Of a stretch of DNA of 51,897 nucleotides, positions 16,534 through 25,671 are shown piece by piece. The stretch is taken from contig JAPLKK010000130.1 of assembly GCA_026388115.1 (NCBI GenBank), positions 7,032 to 58,928 of the forward strand, given 5' to 3'. The translations under genes and the position numbers were made by a program. The stretch's first letter is position 1; every line of letters begins with the position of its first letter. The stretch comes from Elusimicrobiota bacterium (GTDB lineage: Bacteria; Elusimicrobiota; Elusimicrobia; UBA1565; JACRDR01). The notes under the pieces are model-generated. The model was not told where the DNA came from. It saw only the letters and a program-made list of their open reading frames with translations, and did not search any database.

Positions 16534-17736
16534 ATGAGGCGGTGGTGTCTGCTGGCGGCCTGCCTGGCGGGCTGCGCGACGGGACGTCCCCGCGACGTCC
16601 GCTTCTCCCCGCGCAACTCCGACCAGGAACGGCTCGCCGCGGCGCTCGAGGCCGTCTACGTCGTCGTCGAGGAGCCGCGCCGGCCCAAGGCGCCGCCGGC
16701 CGGCCTGATCGGCCACATGTCGCAAAAGTTCAAGGACGAGGCGCTCGGGCGGGTGCCGGCCGAGGATCTCGCCCGCGCGGCGGCGAAAGCCCTGCGCGCG
16801 GCGGGCGCCTGGGCCGCCGTCTATCGGGTCGCCCCGCCGAACGCCCCCGACCCCTACCCAGCGCTGCTCGGCGCGTCCTCGGTCCTGCGCCTGAAGGCCG
16901 GAGAGATCGAGGTCTCCTCCGAGAAGCGCATCGAGGCCGAACGAAGGAACAAGAAGGGGAACGTCACGGCGGAGAAGGTCCGCTGGATCCTGACCGGCCG
17001 CCTCCGGCTCGACGCCGCGCTCGCCGACCCCGCCGCCGGCGAGCGGCTCAGCGCCTTCTCCGTCACCGGCGAAGCTTCGGCCGACGTCTGGCAGGACGGC
17101 GCTCCGGACACGGCGGCCTACAAGCACCGCATGGCCGCCGCGCTCATGTCCGACTGCGCCGACCGGCTCGCGAAGCGCTTCGCCCTGCCGGCGGCGGCCC
17201 GTTCCTCCGGAACGCCCGACGAAAGGCGTCCCGGGTGGGACTGGTTCGAGCCTCGGCTGGCCGTCCTGCCGTTCACCGACGAGACGACGAGCGCCGACGG
17301 GCCGGCGGCCGCCCGCAAGACGGTGCAGGCCGAGCTGGCCGAGGCCGGCTACGCGGTCATCCCGCTGGGCGAGGTGGACGCCGCCCTCAAGGCGCACGGC
17401 ATCACGCTGGGCGGCCAGCTCGCGGGGGCGACCCCGGAGGAGCTGGCGCACTGGCTGAACGCCGAGCGGCTGGTCTACGCGAACCTCGAGTACTACCAGA
17501 AGATCCCCGCCATGGTGGCGGGGACCCTGTCGATCTGGGAGGCGAAGAGCCGGCGCAAGGCCACCGTCACGGTCGCGGCGACGCAGGAAGAAACGCTCGG
17601 GTCCGAGGGCTCCGCCGAGCTGCGGCGCGTCTCGGGGCTGTCGGCGGCGGCGGCGGCGAAGCTCCCCGCCAACGCCACGCTCCGCTTCGCCCGGCGCGCC
17701 CTCGCCTCGCTGCCGAGGCGCGCGCCCGCCCGCTAG
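16534..17736 (+). CDS. Lipoprotein with C-terminal DUF799/CsgG-like domain
   Basis: Lipobox LAGC; RLAVLPF.DET...G....R......L...GY.V.PL.EVD..L...G. Confidence 0.65.
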   Translation: MRRWCLLAACLAGCATGRPRDVRFSPRNSDQERLAAALEAVYVVVEEPRRPKAPPAGLIGHMSQKFKDEALGRVPAEDLARAAAKALRAAGAWAAVYRVAPPNAPDPYPALLGASSVLRLKAGEIEVSSEKRIEAERRNKKGNVTAEKVRWILTGRLRLDAALADPAAGERLSAFSVTGEASADVWQDGAPDTAAYKHRMAAALMSDCADRLAKRFALPAAARSSGTPDERRPGWDWFEPRLAVLPFTDETTSADGPAAARKTVQAELAEAGYAVIPLGEVDAALKAHGITLGGQLAGATPEELAHWLNAERLVYANLEYYQKIPAMVAGTLSIWEAKSRRKATVTVAATQEETLGSEGSAELRRVSGLSAAAAAKLPANATLRFARRALASLPRRAPAR

Positions 17737-20372
17737 GCCCGGAGCAAGGAGGCGAGGGCGGCCTTCTCGCCGACGGCGATGGCGGCGGTCCGGCCGGGGT
17801 CGAACAGCCGCGCCGCCGTCCGGCGCACGTCCTCGCTCGTGACGGCTTCCAGGCGCGGGACCCACGCGGCCAGCTCGCGCTCGGGGGCCAAGCCGTCGAT
17901 CTCGAGCTTCCAGAGCGTGTCGGCCATGCCCTCGAGCGAGGCGAGACGCAGCGCGAACGTGCCGGCCAGATACCGCTTGGCCGCGGAGAGCTCGGCGGCG
18001 CCGACGGGCTCCTCGCGCAACCGCGACACCTCGCGCCGCATCTCCGCCAGCGCCCGCGCCGCCACCTCGGGGCGCGTCTGCGCGTCGGCCACCCAGGTCG
18101 AGCAGCGCGTCAGCGTCGCGATCCGGGCGTAGGCGCCGTAGGTCCAGCCCTTGTCGATGCGCAGGTTCATGAAGAGCCTCGACGTGGAGCTTCCGCCGAG
18201 GATGTGGTTCAGCACCGTGAAGGCGGCGTAATCCGGGTCGCGCGGCCGCAGGTCGAGCACCTGGGCGAGGCAGAGGTCGACCTGGCGGGAGCCGGGCCGC
18301 TCCACCGCCCGCAGGCGCGCGGGCGCGGGCGGCGGGACCGGCGGGGCCTGGACCGGCGCGGCTCCCGCGTCCAGCCGGCCGAGGCTCGCCTCGAGCATCC
18401 GCCGGGCCCGGCGCAAGGAGACGTCCCCGACCAGCACCAGCGTCGCTCCGGCGGCGCGGAAATGGCGCGCGCGGAACCCTCGCAGCGCGACGCCGCGCAC
18501 GGCGGCCAGCTCGCCGTCCGACGGGAAGGGGCGCCCGTAAGGATGGCCGCGGTACAGCTCCTCCTTGAGCGCCTCGCCGGCCATGAAGTCGGGGTCCTGG
18601 CGCGCCTGGCGCATGCGCTCGAGCGTCTGCTCGCGCCAAAGCCGCACCTCCGTCCCGGGATACGAGGCGGCCGCGAGGATGCGGGCGAACTCGGGCAGAA
18701 AGCGCGGAAGGTTCCGCGCCAGCCCCGACGCGGACAAGAGCGCCAGCTCGCGGCGGCTCTCTATGGAGACGGAGAATCCCATGCTCGCGAAGGAGCGGGC
18801 GATCTCGGCCGCGCCGCGGCCGGGCGCGCCCTTGAACAGCAGCGCCGCCGCGGCCTCGCTGGTCCCCGCTTCGCCTTCGGCCTCGGCCGCCTTCCCGGCC
18901 GCCAGCGAGAGCCTCAGCTCGACGAGCGGAAGGCGCGTGTCGCGCACGAAGAGGACCGGAAGGCCGTTGGCGAGCCGCCAGCGAGTAAGGCGCGGCGGCC
19001 GCACCCGCTTCATCGGCCCGACGGGCGGAGGCGGCGCGCCGCTCGCCCTCCGCGACTCGGGCGGGGCGACGGGCGTCGGCGGCTCGGGCGGTTCGGGCTG
19101 GGGCGGCACCGGACGGACGACCACGATGCCGCGCCCCGGCCCGGCGAGCCAGCGGCGGGCGGCGGCCCGCAGGCCGGGGCGGGAGACCGCGGCGAGCCTG
19201 GAGAGGTCTTGCGCCAAGCCCGCGGGATCGCCGATCAGCGCCGCATAGGAGCTCAACATCCGCGCGCGCTCGAGCTGGAACTGCAGGCCGTTGAGCCACT
19301 GGAACTCGATCTGCGTCTTGGCGCGCGACAGGTCGGAGGCGCCGAGCCCGCGCCGGAGCAGCCGTCTCAGGAAGGCGTCAAGGCTTCTCAGCGCCGCTTG
19401 CGGGTCGGCGCTCGCCTTGAGCAGGACGTCCACGCCGAAGATCTCCGGGCCCCGCGCGTTGGTATGGTGCGTCCACCAGGGCATGCTGGCGCCCGTCGAA
19501 AGCGCCAGCCGCCCGCGGCGCACCAGCTCCTGATGCAGCGGGCTTTCCTCTCCTCCGCTCAACGCCTCGGCGAGCACCATCAGCGCCCAGTAGTCGCGGC
19601 TGCCTCGCGCCGGGGCGCGCCAGCCGACCATGAGGCGGGGGAGCTTGGCCAGCGGGTCCGGAAAATCGACGCGCCGCTCTTGCGCCGGCGCCGGCTCCTC
19701 GACATCGGGACGAGGCGAGAGCACACGCGCGGCGACGGCGCCGAAGTAGCGGCCCGCCAGGCGGCGCGCGCGCGCGAGCGTGACGTCGCCCGCCAAGGCC
19801 AGCACCGCGTTGTTGGGCGCGTAATGGGATCCGTAGAAGGCGAGGACGTCCGCCAGCCGCGCGTTGCGGATGTCGGCGGCGTCGCCGATCGTCGGGTGCC
19901 GGTTCTCGAAGCGCTCGAACACCGCCGCTCCCATGCCCTCGGTCTGCGCCCGCCGGTAAGGCTGGTTGAGATAGGAGCGGCGCAGCTCCTCGAGCACGAC
20001 CTGCTGCTCGAGCGCGAGCGCGCGCGCGTCGACGCGCAGCGCGTGCATGCGGTCCGCCTCGGCCCACAACACCAGCTCGAGCGCGGCCGTCGGCACCACG
20101 CTGTGGTAGGTGGTGTTGGTCTTCATCGTGTAGGCGTTGCGCACGCCGCCGTTGCTCTCGATGAGGGACGAGATCTCGCGCGGCTTGAGATTGCGCGTCC
20201 CCTGGGCCATGAGGTGCTCGAAGAGGTGCGCGAAGCCGGCCAGGCCCGGCCGCTCGTCCTGCGAGCCGACGCGGTAGGTCAAGGAGACCGCGACCGCCGG
20301 GCTCGCCGGATCGGGCGCCACCACCACCTCGAGGCCGTTGGCCAGCTTGAACCGTTCGACGCGCAGCCGCAT
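17733..20372 (-). CDS. M16 (insulinase/pitrilysin) zinc peptidase, fused two-module form
   Basis: L.NGL.V, GFAHLFEHL inverted zinc motif, NAYT, V.EE.R, second LANGL module, RLF.NLR..KG.TY. Confidence 0.92.
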   Translation of the reverse strand: MRLRVERFKLANGLEVVVAPDPASPAVAVSLTYRVGSQDERPGLAGFAHLFEHLMAQGTRNLKPREISSLIESNGGVRNAYTMKTNTTYHSVVPTAALELVLWAEADRMHALRVDARALALEQQVVLEELRRSYLNQPYRRAQTEGMGAAVFERFENRHPTIGDAADIRNARLADVLAFYGSHYAPNNAVLALAGDVTLARARRLAGRYFGAVAARVLSPRPDVEEPAPAQERRVDFPDPLAKLPRLMVGWRAPARGSRDYWALMVLAEALSGGEESPLHQELVRRGRLALSTGASMPWWTHHTNARGPEIFGVDVLLKASADPQAALRSLDAFLRRLLRRGLGASDLSRAKTQIEFQWLNGLQFQLERARMLSSYAALIGDPAGLAQDLSRLAAVSRPGLRAAARRWLAGPGRGIVVVRPVPPQPEPPEPPTPVAPPESRRASGAPPPPVGPMKRVRPPRLTRWRLANGLPVLFVRDTRLPLVELRLSLAAGKAAEAEGEAGTSEAAAALLFKGAPGRGAAEIARSFASMGFSVSIESRRELALLSASGLARNLPRFLPEFARILAAASYPGTEVRLWREQTLERMRQARQDPDFMAGEALKEELYRGHPYGRPFPSDGELAAVRGVALRGFRARHFRAAGATLVLVGDVSLRRARRMLEASLGRLDAGAAPVQAPPVPPPAPARLRAVERPGSRQVDLCLAQVLDLRPRDPDYAAFTVLNHILGGSSTSRLFMNLRIDKGWTYGAYARIATLTRCSTWVADAQTRPEVAARALAEMRREVSRLREEPVGAAELSAAKRYLAGTFALRLASLEGMADTLWKLEIDGLAPERELAAWVPRLEAVTSEDVRRTAARLFDPGRTAAIAVGEKAALASLLRA

Positions 20373-20431
20373 GGGCGGAGTATAGCCTAAGACGCCGCAC
20401 CGCGCCTCAACAATTTGGGATAATCGAAGCG

Positions 20432-21931
20432 ATGCGCACCAACGGACGCAACGCCAAGAAGCTCCTCGCTCGCACCGCGCCGCCGCCGAAGTCTCCGGAG
20501 GCGCTGCGCCAGACCTTCACCTTCGGCGACGTCCTGCTCGTCCCCAAGCGCTCGCCGATCACCTCGCGCCGCCGGGTGGACACCACCGGCCGCTTCTCGC
20601 GCCGCATCACCCTGAAGCTCCCCATCGTCAGCGCCAACATGGACACGGTCACCGAGGCCCAGATGGCGATCGCCCTGGCGCGGGACGGCGGGCTGGGCGT
20701 CATCCACCGCTTCCTGACGATCGAGGAGGAGTGCGCCGAGGTGGCGCAGGTCAAACGCGCCGAGAGCATCGTCATCGAGCGCCCCTACACCCTCTCGCCC
20801 TCCGACACGGTGGGCGAGGCCCGGGCGCTGATGCGCCGCCGGGAAGTCGGCGGCCTCCTCGTCGTGGACAAGGCTTCCAAGCTCCTCGGCATCGTCACGA
20901 CGCGCGACCTGAAGTTCAAGCCGGCGAAGGACGACGCCAAGCCGGTCACCGCGGTCATGACGAGGAAGCTCGTCACCGCGCGGCCCGGCGTGTCGCTCGA
21001 GGAAGCCGAGCGCCTCCTCGGCTCCGCCAAGGTGGAGAAGCTCCCCTTGGTGAGCGCCTCGGGCGAGCTCAAAGGCCTCATCACGGCGAAGGACCTGACC
21101 AAGCGCCGCCTGGCCCCCGACGCCTCGCACGACGCGAAGGGCCGCCTCCTCGTCGGCGCCGCGGTCGGCGTCATCGGCGACTACCTGGAGCGCACCGCGG
21201 CCTTGCTCGAGGCCGGCGCCGACGTGCTGGTGCTCGACGTGGCGCACGGCCACGCGGACCACGTCCTGCGCGCCGTCGAGAAGATCAAGGCGCGCTGGCC
21301 CTCGGCCGAGCTCGTCGCCGGCAACGTCGCCACCTATGAGGGCGCGCGCGACCTCGCGGCGGCCGGGGCGGACGGGATCAAGGTCGGCGTCGGGCCCGGC
21401 GCCACCTGCTCGACGCGCATCGTGACCGGCGCCGGCGTGCCGCAGCTGAGCGCCGTCATGGACTGCGCGCGCATCACGCGCGAGCTGGACGTTCCCATCA
21501 CCGCCGACGGCGGCATCCGCGACTCCGGCGACATCACCAAGGCGCTCGCCGGCGGCGCCTCCTGCGTCATGATCGGAAGCCTCCTGGCCGGCACCGACGA
21601 GAGCCCCGGCTGGACGGTCGTGCGCAAGGGGATGAAGTACAAGGCGTACCGCGGCATGGCCTCGCTCGCGGCGACGCTGTCGCGCAAGCACAAGGCCGGC
21701 GAGGCGGAGCTGGAGGCCGAGCAGCTCGCCGAGGTGGTGCCCGAGGGCGTCGAGGCGCTCGTGCCCTATCGCGGCCGCGTCGCCGAGGTGCTCGCCCAGC
21801 TGGAAGGCGGGCTGCGCTCGGGCATGAGCTACTGCGGCGCGCCCGACCTGGCGACGCTGTGGAGCAACGCCGAGTTCATACGCATCACCCCCGCCGGCTG
21901 GTCCGAGTCGAAGCCGCACGCCATTGAATGA
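20432..21931 (+). CDS. guaB: IMP dehydrogenase/GMP reductase family protein with CBS pair
   Basis: [18 protein letters not shown], two CBS domains, [11 protein letters not shown] catalytic Cys loop, ADGG, RGMAS, PEGVE; lacks the flap RY dyad, so the guaB symbol is provisional. Confidence 0.8.
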   Translation: MRTNGRNAKKLLARTAPPPKSPEALRQTFTFGDVLLVPKRSPITSRRRVDTTGRFSRRITLKLPIVSANMDTVTEAQMAIALARDGGLGVIHRFLTIEEECAEVAQVKRAESIVIERPYTLSPSDTVGEARALMRRREVGGLLVVDKASKLLGIVTTRDLKFKPAKDDAKPVTAVMTRKLVTARPGVSLEEAERLLGSAKVEKLPLVSASGELKGLITAKDLTKRRLAPDASHDAKGRLLVGAAVGVIGDYLERTAALLEAGADVLVLDVAHGHADHVLRAVEKIKARWPSAELVAGNVATYEGARDLAAAGADGIKVGVGPGATCSTRIVTGAGVPQLSAVMDCARITRELDVPITADGGIRDSGDITKALAGGASCVMIGSLLAGTDESPGWTVVRKGMKYKAYRGMASLAATLSRKHKAGEAELEAEQLAEVVPEGVEALVPYRGRVAEVLAQLEGGLRSGMSYCGAPDLATLWSNAEFIRITPAGWSESKPHAIE

Positions 21932-24021
21932 GCGCGACGACGCTGCTGTTCCTCGCCGCCTCCGCCTTCGCCCAAGCCCCCGTCTCCCCCGCCCAGCTGC
22001 CCGGATTGTCGACCTCCTACTATACCCCCCCGCCCGCGGCCGTTTCGGCCCCGGTCCCGGGCATGACCCCGCTGCCCGAGCCGCCCAAGCCGCTGTTCGC
22101 GGCGCCGGCTCTCGCGGGCGTCGCCTCCACGCTCGACCCGCTGAACGCGCGCGAGCTGATGCGGGCCTCGTCGCTGCTGCGCGAGGACTCGCGCTTCCCC
22201 CAGGGGGCGCTCTTCGCGACGTTGAGCCTCGACGAGCCGACGAAGTCGGACTACCAGGACTGGGCGGTCTACGGCTCCACGCCCGACCGCAAGGCCTTCG
22301 GCGTCCTGCTTCAGCGCGAGCAGAACGCGACCTATGAGGCGGTGGTGAATCTCACGCGCGGCAAGGTCGAGAGATTGGCGCGCAAGCCGGGGGTGCAGGC
22401 GGGACTCTTGGTCGAGGAGCTGACCTCGGCCGCGGCCATCGTGCGGCGCGACCCGAACTGGCAGGCCGCCCTGCGCCGCCGCGGCATCAACGACTTCTCC
22501 GCGGTGCTCCTGGACTGCTGGGCCCCCGGCACGGCCGGCGTGACGGGCGCCGACGGCCCGCGCTTGGTGCGCGTCCTCTCCTTTTTCAAGGGCAAGTCCT
22601 CGAACTTGTACGCGCGGCCGGTCGAGGGGCTCGTGGCGGTCGTGGACATGGCCTCGCGCAGCGTGACGCGCTTGGACGACACGGGCGAGGTGGATCTGTC
22701 TCAAGACGACGGCGCCTTCGACGAGCAATCGGTCGCCCAGCCGGCCTTGGGACCCAAGCCGCTCCAGCTCGCGCAGGCCGAAGGCCCGACCTTCGAGGTC
22801 CACGGCTGGCAGGTGCGCTGGCTCAACTGGACCTTCCGGTTCGCGCTGCTCCCGCGCGAGGGGCCGGTGCTCTACGAGGTGGCCTACAAGGACGGCGCCG
22901 GCACGCGCAAGATCCTGCACCGCGCCTCGCTCTCGGAGATGGTCGTGCCCTACGGCGACCCGTCGGCGGCATGGTCCTGGCGCGGCGCCTTCGACGTCGG
23001 CGAGTACGGCGTCGGCCGTCTCGCCTCGCCGCTCGAAGCGGGCACCGACGTGCCGGACAACGCCGTCGCCTTCGATGCCGACTTCGTCGACGATTACGGC
23101 AAGGTGCTCACGCTCAAGCGGGCCCTGGCGCTCTACGAGCGGGATGGGGGTTTGCTGTGGAAGCACTATACCCTCGACCCGGAAGCGAACGAATCGCGCC
23201 GGGCGCGGGAATTGGTCTTGACCTCGATCGCCGTCATCGGCAACGACGACTACGGGCTCAATTGGGTCTTCCACCAGGACGGCACTCTCGAGTTCGAGGC
23301 GGACCTGACGGGCGTGCTCTTGGCCAAGGGTGTGCTGCCTCCCGACGAAACGACCGTCGAGGACCGTTACAGCGTCCGCCTCTCGACCCGCCTCGCGGCG
23401 CCGCTCCATCAGCACTTCTTCAACCTGCGCCTGGATTTCGACGTGGACGGGCCGGAGAACAGGCTCTACGAGGAGACCGTCACGCCCGCGCCCTACAGCC
23501 CGACCAACCCGACCGGCAACGCCTTTCAGGCGCGCCTGCGGCCGATCGAGAGCGAAAGGGAGGCGCGGCGGAACCTCGATGTGGGCGAGCAGCGCCGCTG
23601 GCTCGTGGCGAGCGTCGCCTCCGCGAAGGACGGCCATCCCGCGGGCTACGAGATCGCGCCCGGCGAGACCTCCGTCCCCTACGCCGACGCGGGCTCGGCG
23701 CCGCGCCGGCGCGCGGGCTTCCTCGACTACGCGCTATGGGCCACGCAGTACAACCCCGAGGAGATGTACGCCGCGGGCTTGTACCCGAATCAGGCCGCCG
23801 GCGGCGACGGCCTGCCGAGATACTCCAGCGGCAAGTCCCTCGACGGCAAGGACCTCGTCGTCTGGTACACCTTCGGCATCACCCACATCCCGCGGACCGA
23901 GGATTGGCCCATCATGAGCGTCCACAAGGCGGGGGTCAAGCTCGTGCCGGTGGGGTTCTTCAAGCAGAACCCGGCCTTGGGCGTTCCCCGCCCGAAGTCT
24001 ACTTCTCCGAAAGCTCAATAA
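21928..24021 (+). CDS. Copper amine oxidase homologue (TynA-like), secreted, TPQ-site variant
   Basis: Signal peptide, LDPL...E, YARPVEGL, SLSEMVVPYGDP, FDVGEYG, HQH and THIPR.EDWPIM; the NYDY motif reads NDDY. Confidence 0.9.
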   Translation: MSATTLLFLAASAFAQAPVSPAQLPGLSTSYYTPPPAAVSAPVPGMTPLPEPPKPLFAAPALAGVASTLDPLNARELMRASSLLREDSRFPQGALFATLSLDEPTKSDYQDWAVYGSTPDRKAFGVLLQREQNATYEAVVNLTRGKVERLARKPGVQAGLLVEELTSAAAIVRRDPNWQAALRRRGINDFSAVLLDCWAPGTAGVTGADGPRLVRVLSFFKGKSSNLYARPVEGLVAVVDMASRSVTRLDDTGEVDLSQDDGAFDEQSVAQPALGPKPLQLAQAEGPTFEVHGWQVRWLNWTFRFALLPREGPVLYEVAYKDGAGTRKILHRASLSEMVVPYGDPSAAWSWRGAFDVGEYGVGRLASPLEAGTDVPDNAVAFDADFVDDYGKVLTLKRALALYERDGGLLWKHYTLDPEANESRRARELVLTSIAVIGNDDYGLNWVFHQDGTLEFEADLTGVLLAKGVLPPDETTVEDRYSVRLSTRLAAPLHQHFFNLRLDFDVDGPENRLYEETVTPAPYSPTNPTGNAFQARLRPIESEREARRNLDVGEQRRWLVASVASAKDGHPAGYEIAPGETSVPYADAGSAPRRRAGFLDYALWATQYNPEEMYAAGLYPNQAAGGDGLPRYSSGKSLDGKDLVVWYTFGITHIPRTEDWPIMSVHKAGVKLVPVGFFKQNPALGVPRPKSTSPKAQ

Positions 24022-25669
24022 CGCCTTTCCAGTCCTTGGGCGGCCGGCGGCGGTACTGCTCGGCGAGCGATTTCAAGAAGCGCGCGGGCAGGTCCTTGGC
24101 CGGCCGCTCGTTGAGCGCTTCGTAAGCCTTCTCCCAGTCGCCGGCCTCGAGCGCCGCCAGCCCCTGCCCGATGGCGTAGGCGCGGTCCATGTCGCCGGGA
24201 GGCGGCGTCAGCTCGAAGAGATCGAGCGCGACGCCCATGCCCGCCGGCTGGAAGCGCCCGAGGCGCAGGGGCGCGGCGGCGGCGGGGCTGACCCGGCTCG
24301 CGACCTCGCGGCTCGCCAGCACCGGAGCCTCGACGAACTTCGTGATGCCCTCGATGCGCGAGGCCTGGTTGACGACCGCGCCCAGCACGGTGTAGGAGAA
24401 GAGCTGCTCCGAGCCGAGCGCGCCGGCGACGACCTCGCCGGTGTGCAGCCCGATGCCGCAGCTCCACTGCGGCGCCACCTCGGCCAGACGGCGGGTCACG
24501 GCGAGCGCGGCACGGACCGCGCTGTCGACGTGGTGCCGGTCGGGCAGCGGTACGTTCCAGCAGGCGAGGATGCCGTCGCCGGTGTACCGCAGGACCACCC
24601 CGTTCTCGCGGAAGATCTCCTCGCTGATCGCCGTCATGGCGCGCCGCAGGTCCCCGATATGCTCCAGGAGCAGCCCCGCCGGCTCCTCCAGGCGCTTCGA
24701 AAAACCGCGGATATCGCAGAACATCACCGTGCTCTCGGCCACGTGAGGCTCGAGGCTCGAAGGCTCGCCGGCGCTCTCCAGCATCTTCTCGATGACCGGC
24801 TTCGAGAAGAACTGCGCGAATCTTCCCTCGCGCGCTTCCAAGCGCCTGACCGAAAGCGTCCGGCCGACGAGGTCGGCCACCAAGCCCACGAGCCTCGCGC
24901 TCTCCTCGAGGGTGGCCGCGCTCTCGCCCTGCGAGGCCCCCGCCGCGTAGAAGACGATCGCGGGTTCGCCGGGCACCCGCACCGCGGCGGCGATCGCCCA
25001 ATCGACCCCTTCCTGGACCGTCGCCTCGGCGCCGCCCGGCGTCCAGGTGTACAGCGTCGGCCGCGGCGCCTCCGCCAGCGCCTTGCGCACGAGGGTGCCG
25101 CTCCACTCCGGCCGCTCCGCCACCTCCTCGGCGACGTCCAAAGCCAGGATGCGGCCCTCCTGGTTGGCGACGGCGACCCAGCGGGCCCGCGCGGCGAGCC
25201 GCAGCATCGTCGAGACGTGGAGGAAGAACTCCGGCTCGCTCTTGACCCGCAGCAGCTCCGGCAGCTCGAGCAGGTCGAGCAGGCGCAGGCGGTCGGAGCC
25301 CGGAGCGTCCTTGTAAACCTCGGACGCCTCCAGCGTCTTCTGGGCCTGCGGCGGCGGCTCGGCACGGACGCCGTCCACCCGGAAGGCGAAGCGCGTCGAG
25401 CCCACCACGAACTGCTCGCCCGGCGAGAGCACGAAGCCGTCCTTCGCCTCTCCCTGAAGATAGACAGGGTTCGCCGCGCCGGACAGCCGGTCCACCCGCA
25501 GGCGGCCGCCCTCGAGCTTGACCACGAAATGCTTGCGGCTCAGGCTGGGGTCCGCCGCGACGCGCAGATCCGCTTCCTCGCCGCGCCCCACGACCGAAGG
25601 CGTTCCCTCCGCCAGCGTGAAGCGCAGCGGTCGCTCGCCTTCGCGCAGGGCTTCGAGGAACGCGCTCAT
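23999..25669 (-). CDS. FHA domain + GAF-like + class III adenylate/guanylate cyclase
   Basis: FHA motifs VGR..., LSRKH; FCDIRGFS, YTGDGILA.W, GIGLHTG.V..G.LG, YTVLG..VN.ASRIEG; start ATG 25669. Confidence 0.88.
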   Translation of the reverse strand: MSAFLEALREGERPLRFTLAEGTPSVVGRGEEADLRVAADPSLSRKHFVVKLEGGRLRVDRLSGAANPVYLQGEAKDGFVLSPGEQFVVGSTRFAFRVDGVRAEPPPQAQKTLEASEVYKDAPGSDRLRLLDLLELPELLRVKSEPEFFLHVSTMLRLAARARWVAVANQEGRILALDVAEEVAERPEWSGTLVRKALAEAPRPTLYTWTPGGAEATVQEGVDWAIAAAVRVPGEPAIVFYAAGASQGESAATLEESARLVGLVADLVGRTLSVRRLEAREGRFAQFFSKPVIEKMLESAGEPSSLEPHVAESTVMFCDIRGFSKRLEEPAGLLLEHIGDLRRAMTAISEEIFRENGVVLRYTGDGILACWNVPLPDRHHVDSAVRAALAVTRRLAEVAPQWSCGIGLHTGEVVAGALGSEQLFSYTVLGAVVNQASRIEGITKFVEAPVLASREVASRVSPAAAAPLRLGRFQPAGMGVALDLFELTPPPGDMDRAYAIGQGLAALEAGDWEKAYEALNERPAKDLPARFLKSLAEQYRRRPPKDWKGVIELSEK

Positions 25670-25671
25670 GC

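Noticed and set aside
15730-20390. Very long ORFs 15730..19299 (-) and 16542..20390 (+)
   Set aside because: Arg/Ala/Gly/Pro-rich shadow frames overlapping well-supported genes, expected at this GC content
23999-24021. 23-nt convergent overlap of the amine oxidase and cyclase genes
   Set aside because: Short tail-to-tail overlaps are ordinary in compact GC-rich genomes
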